A DNA stretch of 63,693 nt, the filler included, from Anaerolineae bacterium (GTDB lineage Bacteria > Chloroflexota > Anaerolineae > B4-G1 > DUEL01): NCBI GenBank assembly GCA_041082215.1. It is 8 parts of 8 records of this genome, joined end to end, with 100 filler letters (N's around TTAATTAATTAA, not from the genome) between each part and the next. Parts side by side here need not be neighbours in the genome. Positions count along the whole stretch, not along the records: positions 10,785 to 20,561 come from JBDOIF010000133.1; positions 20,662 to 25,485 come from JBDOIF010000158.1; 6 more parts are not named here. One strand, written 5' to 3'. The position numbers and the translations under genes are program-made. The notes beneath the pieces were generated by a model. The model had not been told where the DNA came from. It searched no databases and saw only the letters and a program-made list of their open reading frames with translations. This document shows, in pieces, positions 10,685-20,703 of the stretch; position 1 is the stretch's first letter; the number at the start of each line of letters is the position of its first letter.

Positions 10685-10784
10685 NNNNNNNNNNNNNNNN
10701 NNNNNNNNNNNNNNNNNNNNNNNNNNNNTTAATTAATTAANNNNNNNNNNNNNNNNNNNNNNNNNNNNNNNNNNNNNNNNNNNN

Positions 10785-11718
10785 CGTCTGCATCCTGCTG
10801 GCAGGAGTCATCGCTGTTCCTATCGGCTACGTCATCACCCGGCCCATTGCCGAACTGGTGGAAGCCCACCGGCGGCTGGCCGCCGGAGATATGGCTGTCC
10901 GGGTGCGGACCTACGGCAACGGCGAACTGGCAACGCTGGGTCGCTCGTTCAACTATATGGCCGAGACGCTCCGCCGTACCCAGCAGGAGCTACTCCACAA
11001 AGAGAAGCTGGCCTCCATGGGGCAACTGGCAGCAGGGGTGGCTCACGAACTGAATAACCCCCTGGGCACCATCATGCTCTTCGCTGACGCCCTCCATCGG
11101 GAACTGTCGTCCGATGACCCCCACCGGAGCGACCTGCAGATGATTGTGAAGGAGGCCAACCGGGCCAAGAAGATCGTCGCTGACCTCCTGAACTTCGCCC
11201 GTCAGCAGGAAGTGCTGGCCCAGGACACCGACCTCCACGCCCTGCTGGACCAGTCGGTGGAGAGCGTCCGGCATCAGCCCGCGTTCGCAGAGGTGGAGAT
11301 TATCCGCCACTACGATCCCCAGGTGCGCGTCATCCAGGCCGACCCTGCCCAGTTGCAGCAGGTCTTCGTCAACCTGCTCAACAACGCGGCGGAGGCGATC
11401 GAGGGACCGGGCACCATCACCATCACCACCCGCTCCATGAATGGTCAGGTGGAAATCTCCGTCGCCGACACTGGGTGCGGCATCCCGGAAGAGTACCTGG
11501 ATAAACTCTTCACCCCCTTCTTCACCACCAAGCCGCCTGGAAAAGGGACAGGGCTGGGCCTTTCCATCGTCTACGGCATCGTCAAAATGCACCGGGGGCA
11601 GATTGCCGTCCAGAGTGAGGTGGGAAAGGGGACGACCTTCACCCTCACCCTGCCGGTGCGGTGGATGGGAGAGGTGGAACGTCCCACCCCGGTGCCCCAG
11701 GGCGAGGTCATCGGATAA
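10785..11718 (+). CDS. NtrB-type sensor histidine kinase (HAMP-HisKA-HATPase), 5' truncated
   Basis: [32 protein letters not shown]. Confidence 0.92.
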
Positions 11719-11725
11719 GAACCAT

Positions 11726-12847
11726 ATGAACGAACCGCCGCGCATTCTGGTGATTGACGACGAAGAGGGCATCCGCGCTGGCTGCAAACGGACCCTGGAG
11801 CCGGAGGGATATGTTGTGGAGACGGCGGCCACAGGGAAGGAGGGGTTGCGCCGCTTCCTCGAGGAACCGTTCGACCTGGTGCTGCTGGATGTGGTCATGC
11901 CGGACGTGCGGGGTGTTGACCTCCTGGAGCCGATGCTGGAAAAGGACCCCGACGTCGTATGTGTGATCATCACTGGCTATGCCACCGTGGAGCTGGCAGT
12001 GCAGGCCATCCGGGCCGGCGCCTACGATTTCCTTTCCAAGCCCTTCACCGCCGATGTCCTGCGGATGACGGTGGCCCAGGGCCTGGAACGACGACAGCTC
12101 ACCCTTGAGGCCAAACGTCTCCAAAAAATAGAAGAAGAGGCGCGGGAATTGGAGCGGCTCGACCGATTCAAGACAGCCTTCATGCTGACGGTGGCCCACG
12201 AATTGCGCGCACCTCTGACCGCCCTTCAAAGTTTCCTCCTGGCAATACTGAAGGGGTACATCCCGCCGGAGGAGCAGCAGGAGGTGCTGAGGCGGGCCGT
12301 CGAGCGGTCGCAGGAACTCCTGGAGCTGGTAGACGACCTGCTGAAACTGGCAGCGGCCAAGAGCGGGAAAGGGCTGGAGAAACGGGAGTCGGTCTCCCTG
12401 GCGGACGTTCTGGAAAAGGTTGCCCCGCTCTTCCAGAAGGAAGCGGAGGCCAAAGGAGTCGCCTGGGCAATGGAGGTCCGCGCCCACCCGGTGGTGCAGG
12501 CCGATCCCGACCAGATGACGCAGGTGTGGAGCAACCTCATCTCCAACGCGGTCAAGTACACCCCGGCGAGAGGGCGCGTACGGGTCGTACTGGAGGAACA
12601 GGACGGGTGGGCGGTCGGAACGGTGGAGGATACCGGCATCGGCATCCCGCCCCAGGATCGGGAGCGCATCTTTGAGGAGTTCTACCGCACCCCCCAGGCC
12701 AAGGAGGTCGCACCTCATGGGACCGGGCTGGGGCTTCCGCTTGTCAAGCAGATTGTGGAGGCGCATGGGGGGAGCATCACCGTGGAGTCCGAGGTGGGGC
12801 GGGGGAGCCGCTTTGTCTTCCGGCTGCCCGCTTCTCCAAGCACGTAG
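11726..12847 (+). CDS. Hybrid receiver-histidine kinase
   Basis: N-terminal REC (ILVIDDE, LLDVVMP), AHELRAPL, NLISNAVKY, GTGLGL. Confidence 0.92.
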   Translation: MNEPPRILVIDDEEGIRAGCKRTLEPEGYVVETAATGKEGLRRFLEEPFDLVLLDVVMPDVRGVDLLEPMLEKDPDVVCVIITGYATVELAVQAIRAGAYDFLSKPFTADVLRMTVAQGLERRQLTLEAKRLQKIEEEARELERLDRFKTAFMLTVAHELRAPLTALQSFLLAILKGYIPPEEQQEVLRRAVERSQELLELVDDLLKLAAAKSGKGLEKRESVSLADVLEKVAPLFQKEAEAKGVAWAMEVRAHPVVQADPDQMTQVWSNLISNAVKYTPARGRVRVVLEEQDGWAVGTVEDTGIGIPPQDRERIFEEFYRTPQAKEVAPHGTGLGLPLVKQIVEAHGGSITVESEVGRGSRFVFRLPASPST

Positions 12848-12899
12848 CACAGGCCACCAGGCCTGCTGCTTGCAGGCTGATAGTCTGCGCTACAAGAAA

Positions 12900-12926
12900 G
12901 CGCCAGGTCTCTAAACACCTGGCGCT
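12900..12926. terminator. Hairpin between convergent genes, putative terminator
   Basis: AGCGCCAGGT...ACCTGGCGCT inverted repeat. Confidence 0.55.
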
Positions 12927-12954
12927 CTCTGCGTCTACACGAACTGCCGCCGGG

Positions 12955-13335
12955 TCAGGTCTTCTTCAGCGCCTTCTCGACCCGCGCCAGCAGCCCGTCC
13001 GGGTCTATCGGCTTGTGGATCCACTCGTCCACCGGGATGTACTCGTCGGAGGGCAGCGTCATCTGCGCCCGCGCCCCGGTGAGCGACGTCACCATGATGA
13101 CTGGCACATCCTTCAACTCCGGGTCCTGCGCCATCTCCCGGCTCACGTCCAGCCCGTCCAGAATGTAGGACATCATAATGTCCAAAAGCACCAGATCGGG
13201 CTTCTCCTTCCGCATCACCTGCAAGGCCTGCTGCCCGCTGGCCGCCGTCACTACTTCGTACCCCTTGCCGCGCAGGATCCGCCGCGTCAGGTTGACGAAA
13301 TCCGGGTCGTCGTCTACCACCAGTATTTTCGCCAT
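12955..13335 (-). CDS. Single-domain response regulator
   Basis: ILVVDDD, DLVLLDIMM, WIHKP. Confidence 0.9.
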   Translation of the reverse strand: MAKILVVDDDPDFVNLTRRILRGKGYEVVTAASGQQALQVMRKEKPDLVLLDIMMSYILDGLDVSREMAQDPELKDVPVIMVTSLTGARAQMTLPSDEYIPVDEWIHKPIDPDGLLARVEKALKKT

Positions 13336-13398
13336 ATTTGCCTCCTTTCCTCACTCCTCCCCCGGCGGCGAAGCCGCCGGGGGAGGGGTGAGGCCCTC

Positions 13399-14118
13399 CT
13401 AGTGCTGAGCGGCTTCCCGCTTCTTCGCCTCCCAGATCTCCATCGCCCGCTTGGGGCCATAGAACCACTTGGCGTGGTGCTCCGCCGCATACTCTGCCGA
13501 CGTCACCCCGAAGCGCATGCTCACCAGCCCGGCCCACATCAACGGGTGCGCCACTGCCAGGTACAGGTGCACCAGGAACATGCAGACCGAGACGATCATC
13601 GCCAGGTCGTGGAACACCACCAGCCACCGGAAGAGCTCCGGCGGGATGGCCCCCTTGCCGAACCACATCGGCAGGCCCGTGATGCCGAAGACGAACCAGG
13701 CGATCATCATCACCAGCCCGTTCATCTTCTCTCCGGCGTTGAAGCGGCCCTGCGGCGGCATCGCCTCGTGCTTGCCCAGCAGGTAGTAGGCGGGCGCCCC
13801 CTTCAGCCAGCCGATATCCTCCTTGTTGGGGAGAAACTCCCGGATGTTCAGCAGCAGCCGGCGGGGCTGGAAGATGAAGTAAACGATGGGCAGGAGGCCA
13901 AAGATGACCGCCGCAACCCGGTGGATCAGCCGGAAGGTCTCCCCTGCTGCCCCCTGCGCCAGCGGCTGCAGGAAGGGGAAATAGAGGATCATCCCGGTGA
14001 CCGCCAGGGGGACGAAGGTGGCGGTATGGAGCCAGTGGGACGCCCGCTCCAGCGTGGTGTACTTGGGGATCCACTGGATGGTGATCGCTTCTGCTCTGCC
14101 TTTCAGTTGGACGGTCAT
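13399..14118 (-). CDS. fdnI: Formate dehydrogenase cytochrome b subunit (gamma)
   Basis: ERASHW, RLIHR, QGRFNAGEK, VVFHD, LVHLY; operon context. Confidence 0.9.
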   Translation of the reverse strand: MTVQLKGRAEAITIQWIPKYTTLERASHWLHTATFVPLAVTGMILYFPFLQPLAQGAAGETFRLIHRVAAVIFGLLPIVYFIFQPRRLLLNIREFLPNKEDIGWLKGAPAYYLLGKHEAMPPQGRFNAGEKMNGLVMMIAWFVFGITGLPMWFGKGAIPPELFRWLVVFHDLAMIVSVCMFLVHLYLAVAHPLMWAGLVSMRFGVTSAEYAAEHHAKWFYGPKRAMEIWEAKKREAAQH

Positions 14119-14915
14119 CTCACTTCCTCCATGCGGATCTTGCGGCGGGTGATGAAGAAGGCGCCGATGATCCCCAGGATGGCCGCCCCAAAGGCCACGT
14201 TGCCCAGGGGCTGCAGGACCTTCTGCCAGAAGTTCGCCAGCGCCGGGTACTGCGGGTTGGCCGGCAGGCCATAGGCTTCCGGTGGCTCGACAAGGACGTA
14301 GAGCCGTCCCAGGCCGCCCACCTGATCCACTCCGTACAGGTTGGCCCGCGAGAACCCCTGCGCTTTGAGCGCCTCCACCCGCTCCTGTCCTTTGGCGATC
14401 ATCTCATCCCGGTCGCCGAAGTCCAGCGCCTTCGCCGGGCAGGTCTTGACGCAGGCCGGAAGCAGGCCGTTAGTCACCCGGTCCTGGCAGAAGACGCACT
14501 TGGAGGATTTCCCCTTCCCGGTGACCGGGTCGGTCTCCAGGCGGGGGATGTGGAAGGGGCAGAACTGGGAGCAGTAGCCGCAGCCGTTGCAGAGTTCCTC
14601 CTCGAAGGTGACCAGGCCGTTGGGCTGCTGCTTCAGCGCTCCGGTGGGACAGACGGCCACGCAGGCCGGGTCGCCGCAGTGCATGCACCCTTCCTTCAGG
14701 AAGAGCCAGCGGAACCCGTCCGGCCCCTCATACTCGGTGAAGCGGATGCGGGTCCAGGTCTGAGGGGAAAGGTCCGGCGGGTTCTCGTAGGTGCCCCGGT
14801 TGCGGGTGCGGGAGTAGAGCCACCCCTCCCGGTCGTTCCACTGTTTGCAGGCGACCTGGCAGCCGCGACAGGCGGTGCACTGAGATTCATCTATCAGCAT
14901 CGCAAGTCTCGCCAT
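14115..14915 (-). CDS. fdnH: Formate dehydrogenase Fe-S subunit (beta)
   Basis: Four Cys clusters (CTACRGCQVAC, CMHCGDPACVAVCP, CNGCGYC, KCVFC); C-terminal TM helix. Confidence 0.92.
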   Translation of the reverse strand: MARLAMLIDESQCTACRGCQVACKQWNDREGWLYSRTRNRGTYENPPDLSPQTWTRIRFTEYEGPDGFRWLFLKEGCMHCGDPACVAVCPTGALKQQPNGLVTFEEELCNGCGYCSQFCPFHIPRLETDPVTGKGKSSKCVFCQDRVTNGLLPACVKTCPAKALDFGDRDEMIAKGQERVEALKAQGFSRANLYGVDQVGGLGRLYVLVEPPEAYGLPANPQYPALANFWQKVLQPLGNVAFGAAILGIIGAFFITRRKIRMEEVR

Positions 14916-14925
14916 GTTCCACCCC

Positions 14926-17900
14926 CTATGCCTTCTCCACATCCACCAGGAAGGCCTTGTACTCCGGGATCATCGTGTTGCCATCGCCGACGTGGGGGGT
15001 CAGGAAGTTGGCCGAACTCTGGACCAGGTCCGTGGCCCCCACATCGTAGGTCAGGCCCTTCCAGCCCCAGTGCCAGGGCATCCCCACTGTGTGGAGGGTC
15101 TTGCCATTGACCTGGAGCGGCTTGATGCGGGCCGTGACGATAGCGATGGCTTCGATCTCCCCGCGTGCGGAGCGGACCTTCACCTTATCCCCGCTCTTGA
15201 TGCCCTTCTCGGCGGCCAGTTCCTGGCTCATCTCCACGAACATCTCCGGCTGTGCCTCCACCAGCCAGTCCAGCCAGCGGGACATGCCGCCCGCCTGCCA
15301 GTGCTCCACCAGCCGGTAGGTGGTGGCGATGATGGGGTACTGATCCGGCGTGCCCCAGTTGTCGCCGATGTCCTTCCCCTCGTCGGTCTTCCAGACCTTG
15401 ACCACCGGGTTGATCTGCTGGCTGGAGAAGACATTCTGCACGGGCGACTCCACCGGCTCGTAGTGCTCCGGCAGCGGCCCTTCGTTCATCGCGGCGAAGA
15501 GGCCGCCCTTGCCGTCGGTGCGCATGATGAAGGGGTCGCGGCCGCCGGGGTCCATGGGGGCGCGGGTGACGACGAAGTCGGGCACGTCGTAGCCCACCCA
15601 CTTCTTCTGGGCCTCGTCCCACCAGATGTACTTGCGGTCCTCCGACCAGGGCTTGCCGTCGGGGTCGGCGGAGCAGCGGTTGTAGACGATGCGGCGGTTG
15701 GCCGGCCAGGCCCAGCCCCAGTAGGGGTAGTTGCCCCAGCCGCCGGGGTCGTGGACAGAGTTGCGCCGCTTCGCCGCCGGGAGCATATTGCCGAACCCGT
15801 CCGGCTGCAGCGAGAAGTAGCCGGTGTAAATCCAGGCGCCGCAGGCAGTGGAGCCGTCGGCCTGCAGGTGGGCGAAGGTGCTCAGCGTCGCGCCCGCTTT
15901 GGCCAGGACATTTCCCTGAGCGTCCTTCACATCCTTCAGGGCATAGCCGTTGATCTCCCGGGCCACCTTCTCGATATCCAGTTCCTCCCCATAATCCCAG
16001 TTGAGATACAGGATCGGGTCGGGGAAGACGCCACCTTCAGCGTAGAGCTGCTTGAGCCTCAGGGCGATCAGGTTAAGGATCTGATGGTCGGGGAGAGCCT
16101 CGCCCGGGGCCTCGGCGACCTTATCCCGCCACTGGATGAGCCGCCCGCTGGTGACGATGCTGCCGGCCTTCTCCATCGCGTCGGCGGCGGGAAGGACAAA
16201 GACCTCGGTCTGGATCTGAGAGGGGTCCTCGCCCGGCGCGCGCCAGAAGGAGGTGGTCTCGGTGTCGAAGATCTCCTGCACCACCATCCAATCCAGTTTC
16301 TTCAGCGCCTCCCGCTCGAAGCGGGCGTTGGGGCCGCCGACGGCCGGGTTCTGGCCCATGATCCACAGCCCCTTAATGGTGCCGGCATATATGGCCTCAA
16401 AGAGGGCAATCCAGTAGTGATTGGCCGCGCTGTCTACCTTTGGCAGATAGTCATAAGCGAAGTCCTCACGCTCAACAACAGAAGGCCCCCACCAGGCCTT
16501 GAGCAGGCTGATGAGGAACTTGGGGCCGTTGGCCCAGTAACCGCCCGACCAGGCGCCGCCCGGCTTGGTCTTGTTCCCAATGTAGGTCCTGAGGTCCGGG
16601 TCCGCCACGGTGGGAACCGGCAGGTAGCCGGGCAGGACGTGGGCCAGGACGCCCATATCGGTGGAGCCCTGGACATTGGACTCGCCGCGCAGGGCGTTGA
16701 CGCCGCCGCCGGGGATGCCGATGTTGCCCAGGAGCAACTGGACCATCGCCAGGATGCGCACGTTCTGGGAGCCCACCGTGTGCTGCGTCTGGCCCATCGC
16801 GTAGAGAATGGTGCCGGCCTTCCCCGGCTGGCCCGATTCGGCGTAGGTCCTGTAGATTTTCTCCAGCAGGTCCTTCGGGATGCCCGTCACGCCGGAGACG
16901 GTATCCAGGTCGTAGCGGGCGTAGTGGCGCTTCATGATCTGGAAGACGCAGTGGGGGTCCTGGAGCGTCTCGTCCCGTAGGGGCTTCCCGTCCGCGTCGG
17001 TCTGGTAGGACCAGGTGGAGCGGTCGTAGCGCCGTTTCTCCGGGTCGTAGCCGGAGAAGAGGCCGTCCAGTTCGTCCGGGCCCTTGTAGTCGGGGTTGAT
17101 CAGGGTGGCGGCGTTAGTGTAGTGGACGACGTAGTCCTTGTGGTAGAGTTCGTTATCCAGGATGTACTTGATCATCCCGCCGAAGAAGGCGATGTCGGTG
17201 CCCGGGCGAATCTGGGCGTAGATGTCGGCCTGGGAGGCGGTGCGGGTGAAGCGAGGGTCCACGACGATGAGTTTGGCCCCGCGCTCCTGCTGGGCCTTGT
17301 GGATCCAGGTCATAGAAGCCGGGTGGTTCTCCGCGCAGTTGGAGCCGATGATGAGGATGTAGTCGGCGTTCTTGAGGTCCACCCAGTGGTTGGTCATCGC
17401 TCCGCGACCGTATGTGGGGGCCAGACCGGCCACCGTCGCGGAGTGTCATATCCGCGCCTGGTGTTCCAGATAGACGATGCCCAGGGCGCGGGCCAGTTTG
17501 GACGCCAGGTAGCCCTCTTCGGAGTTGTTGGCGGCGCCGCCCAGGAAGGCGATGGCCTGGGTGCGGTTGACGGTGACGGTCTTGTCGCCGACCTGGGCCG
17601 TGCGCTCAAAGGTGGCGTCCCGGGTGGCTTTGATCCGTTTGGCAATTTCGGTGATGGCCCAGTCCCACTCCACCTCCTGCCACTCGCTGGCGCCGGGGGC
17701 CCGGTAGAGGGGCTTCCGGAGGCGCAGCGGGCTCTGGGAGAGTTGCCGGACGGAGACGGACTTGGGGTCCAGGGCGCCCCGGTTGGTGATGTTATCGGGG
17801 TCGCCCTCGGAGTTAATGATGTGGCCGTCCGGTCCGGTGGCGATGATCAGGCCGCAGCCGCAGGAGCAGTAGGGGCAGATGGTCACCGCTTCCTTGACCT

Positions 17901-18018
17901 TTTTGTGGAGCGGGAAGATGGGCCCTTCGGTCGTCGCCAGGGCCGAAGAGGCCGGGACGAGCAAACTCCCGCTGGCCGCCGCCGTCAACTTGAGGAATTC
18001 TCTCCGCGTGATTTTCAT
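14926..18018 (-). CDS. fdnG: Formate dehydrogenase-N-type alpha subunit, selenoprotein (UGA=Sec at 17446-17448), with Tat signal
   Basis: ORFs 17446-18024 and 14926-17433 are in the same frame and join as EHQARI-U-HSATVAGLAPTYGRGAMTNHW; TRREFLK; CPYCSCGC. Confidence 0.95.
17400..17448 (-). promoter_or_regulatory. Bacterial SECIS element
   Basis: UGA-CA-CUCCGCGAC...GGCC-GGUCU-GGCC...GUCGCGGAG hairpin directly after the UGA. Confidence 0.88.
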
Positions 18019-18142
18019 GGACAAACCCTCCTGAAATCAAAGTCTCAGCGGTCCAGGGTTCGGTGGTCTGAAAGGGCGGTTTCTCTCCGATAGGCACCTC
18101 CTCGTGTTGCGTATTCCGTACTGCGTGTTGCGTAAATCCGTT

Positions 18143-18601
18143 TCACAGAGCCTGGTCCAGAAGGTCGGGGTGTTCCCGGAGCCACCGTTCCAGGGCTTCC
18201 AGGACCCGCTCTATGTCTGCCAGGCCCTGGGTACAAACCTGGTAGAGTTCTTCCACGGACACTTCGTGGTAGAAGTGGACCAGGCGGTTCCGGTATCCGG
18301 CCATCCGCAGGAGCAGGGTGGATTCCGGCGGATGGAGAACGCCTGTTTCCTCCAGTCCTCGTGCGACGTCCCGGTATTCTGCGACCGCGCGGCCCAGCCC
18401 TTTGGCCAGAATGTGCCGGCCCAGGTCCAGTAAAGCCTCCAGGCCGCGCCGCAGGTAGGACTCGGCGGCCGCCGGGGTGCGAGGGTCGGCGGTGAAGTCG
18501 GCCAGGGAGTCCCGGGGGAGGGACCGGATACCGGCCAGCATATTTCGCACCCAGGCGATGCGGTCCAGCACTACTGCGGCCCGGATGGGGGAGGGGACCA
18601 T
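18143..18601 (-). CDS. HepT-like HEPN RNase toxin (DUF86)
   Basis: MAGYRNRLVHFY carries the RX4HXY motif; paired with an MNT gene. Confidence 0.88.
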   Translation of the reverse strand: MVPSPIRAAVVLDRIAWVRNMLAGIRSLPRDSLADFTADPRTPAAAESYLRRGLEALLDLGRHILAKGLGRAVAEYRDVARGLEETGVLHPPESTLLLRMAGYRNRLVHFYHEVSVEELYQVCTQGLADIERVLEALERWLREHPDLLDQAL

Positions 18602-19032
18602 CAGTACGCTTCTCCAGCCAGAATCATCCGGCGGCGCTCCCGCTCAAAGGGAGCCAGGTCTCCCGCCCGGCGCAGGACGTAGAGTTGATACTCTGCCTCG
18701 GCGTCCGGGTCGGTGGCGCAGAGGAGTTGGCCCCGGACAATGTCCAGCGCCAGGAAGGGTGGGGCTTCCGGCAGGATGACCAGGTCCACCCGCACCACGC
18801 CCAGCAGGTCCTCCAGAGCCACGGCCAGGTCGGCCCGCTCGGCGGCGGTGAGGCGCCGCCCCGGGGCCGGGAGGACGCCGATGTCCACGTCGGAGGCCGG
18901 GTGGGTGGGCTCCACGGCGTGGCCTGCCACGCGCGCGGCCACCTCTTCGGCCCGGCTGCCGAAACTGTAGATGGCGATCAGGCCGTACTGCCGGGCCAGG
19001 TCATAGAGCCTGGCCGAAAGAGGGTACTCCAC
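18601..19032 (-). CDS. MntA-like minimal nucleotidyltransferase antitoxin (start uncertain)
   Basis: FGSRA...SDVDIGV, VDLVIL. Confidence 0.85.
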   Translation of the reverse strand: MEYPLSARLYDLARQYGLIAIYSFGSRAEEVAARVAGHAVEPTHPASDVDIGVLPAPGRRLTAAERADLAVALEDLLGVVRVDLVILPEAPPFLALDIVRGQLLCATDPDAEAEYQLYVLRRAGDLAPFERERRRMILAGEAY

Positions 19033-19108
19033 CTGTATATTCCGTACCACGTGTTGCGTATTGCGTACCGCGTGTCTTTTTGGCGGGGGCATCCGGCGGC
19101 GCGTATGC

Positions 19109-19417
19109 TCAAAGGGAGCGGGAGCCGCTGCCCGATGCGGGGCATTCCACCCGTTTCTCGGCGATTCCGGCCGCTCCGTTTTCGTCGGGCAGGTCGTATA
19201 GCGCTTCGGGCGCGAAATCCGCCTCGTTCGGCCATACTACGGTACCGATAACCGGGTCCAGCACGGCACGCGCAAAATAAGCCGGATCGCGCAGGGGTTC
19301 AAAGATCGGACCGTCCAATAGCGGCATCACATTGACCCGTTTCCGCACGCCGTTGCTGAAGGTCAATTCTAACATATACGGCCCACAGACTTTTGCTTCC
19401 AGGATGCGCAACACCAT
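19109..19417 (-). CDS. DUF2442 domain protein (TA partner)
   Basis: LELTFSNG...GPIFEPLRD...TVVWPNEADFAPEALY. Confidence 0.85.
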   Translation of the reverse strand: MVLRILEAKVCGPYMLELTFSNGVRKRVNVMPLLDGPIFEPLRDPAYFARAVLDPVIGTVVWPNEADFAPEALYDLPDENGAAGIAEKRVECPASGSGSRSL

Positions 19418-19428
19418 GTTCCCACTCC

Positions 19429-19695
19429 CTATTCCAGAGGGGGAATCCGCTGAAGCGGTTTCCCCTGACGGGCCAGTTCCCAGTTGTGTCGCAGTTCCGA
19501 TTGATACATGGCCGCCCACTCAAAAACCAGCGACAGCGCTCGCCGGGGCAGGTGCCCCTCCAGAACCCGGATCGGGTCAATCCCGATGATCGCCTCATGC
19601 TCCGCGTAGATGGCGTGGAAATGGGGAGGAACGTGGTCCTTGTAAAACATGCTGATAACGATCCCGTAGAATTCGGAAATGCGGGGCATGCTCAT
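19429..19695 (-). CDS. DUF4160 domain protein (TA toxin-like)
   Basis: MPRISEFYGIVISMFYKDHVPPHFHAIY. Confidence 0.88.
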   Translation of the reverse strand: MSMPRISEFYGIVISMFYKDHVPPHFHAIYAEHEAIIGIDPIRVLEGHLPRRALSLVFEWAAMYQSELRHNWELARQGKPLQRIPPLE

Positions 19696-19761
19696 TGCAC
19701 CTGTAGCAGAGAAGTCCCGATCAATGCGCCTCTCCGGGCAGGGGCATCCGGCGAGATAATG

Positions 19762-19833
19762 GCCTGATGGCCTGCGTTTCACCTGCGCCGCGAAGTGCAG
19801 CGGAACGACGTCAGGTGCAAGCACTGGCTGGGC
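19762..19833 (-). mobile_element. Degenerate integron attC-like site
   Basis: Minus strand GCCCAGC..TGCACCTGACGTCG..CGCGGCGCAGGTGAA..ATCAGGC: imperfect palindrome with R''/R'-like ends, downstream of a low-GC ORF. Confidence 0.6.
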
Positions 19834-19902
19834 TGGCATTATCTCTACAAACGCCGATGCTATCCGGGTGCCCTTCACAATATAACAGAACCATATCCGG
19901 AA

Positions 19903-20561
19903 TTATCCGGTCAGGAGACGCAGGACCGATAGCCCTTCTTTTAGAAATCTGTCAAATTCCTTTGCCGAAATAACCTTTTTCGGCCGATAAAAACGCAGTT
20001 TCTGACCAAATCCTTCAACTGCTAATCCTCGCGTATGGGCAAAAAAGTCCAGTTTTTCTTTGGTGAAAAAGGCGCGTATCTGCGACTCGTCAGGCCCTTG
20101 CAATACATAAGCCGAAGAAAAGCCAGGATGCTGATCAAAATCAATATCTTGCTGGCCGAGGGCATTGCGGATCTTTGCACCAAGCGTTTCAGGGCGGAGT
20201 GCAAACGCCGGCAGGTTCAACCGCTCTGATTCAAAAAGGAGCACAGTCTGAATATCTGACTTTGTCATTGTCTGCTTCCCTCTTCTGCCCGCCCAACTGT
20301 AGACCATATAGTCAAAAACAGTGACGAGGGCATCGTCCACCTGGAAGCGGAAACCCCGCCAGTCAATGACTCCCCGATCGCCAAGCCGGGAAATAGCGAA
20401 CGGCTCCAGGTCCACGTCCACCTGGACATCGGTCACTACATATCCCATCTGCTCAAGCGCTGCCCTGATCTGTTTTCGTCGCCGATCATTCTTGAGGACA
20501 GCCACTACAGCGAGCGGAATCACAATGATGAGCACAACGGCAACGATAATCCAAACCCCGG
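19903..20561 (-). CDS. Hypothetical membrane-anchored protein, low GC (5' probably truncated)
   Basis: Open frame with N-terminal TM helix; DIDFDQHPGFSSAYVLQG. Confidence 0.7.
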
Positions 20562-20703
20562 NNNNNNNNNNNNNNNNNNNNNNNNNNNNNNNNNNNNNNN
20601 NNNNNTTAATTAATTAANNNNNNNNNNNNNNNNNNNNNNNNNNNNNNNNNNNNNNNNNNNNGCGTAGCGCCGGATTTATCCGGCGCCGGAGAGGAGGCGT
20701 GAC

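Noticed and set aside
17446..18024. fdnG as a pseudogene or split gene
   Set aside because: The UGA is at the Sec position and is followed by a SECIS.
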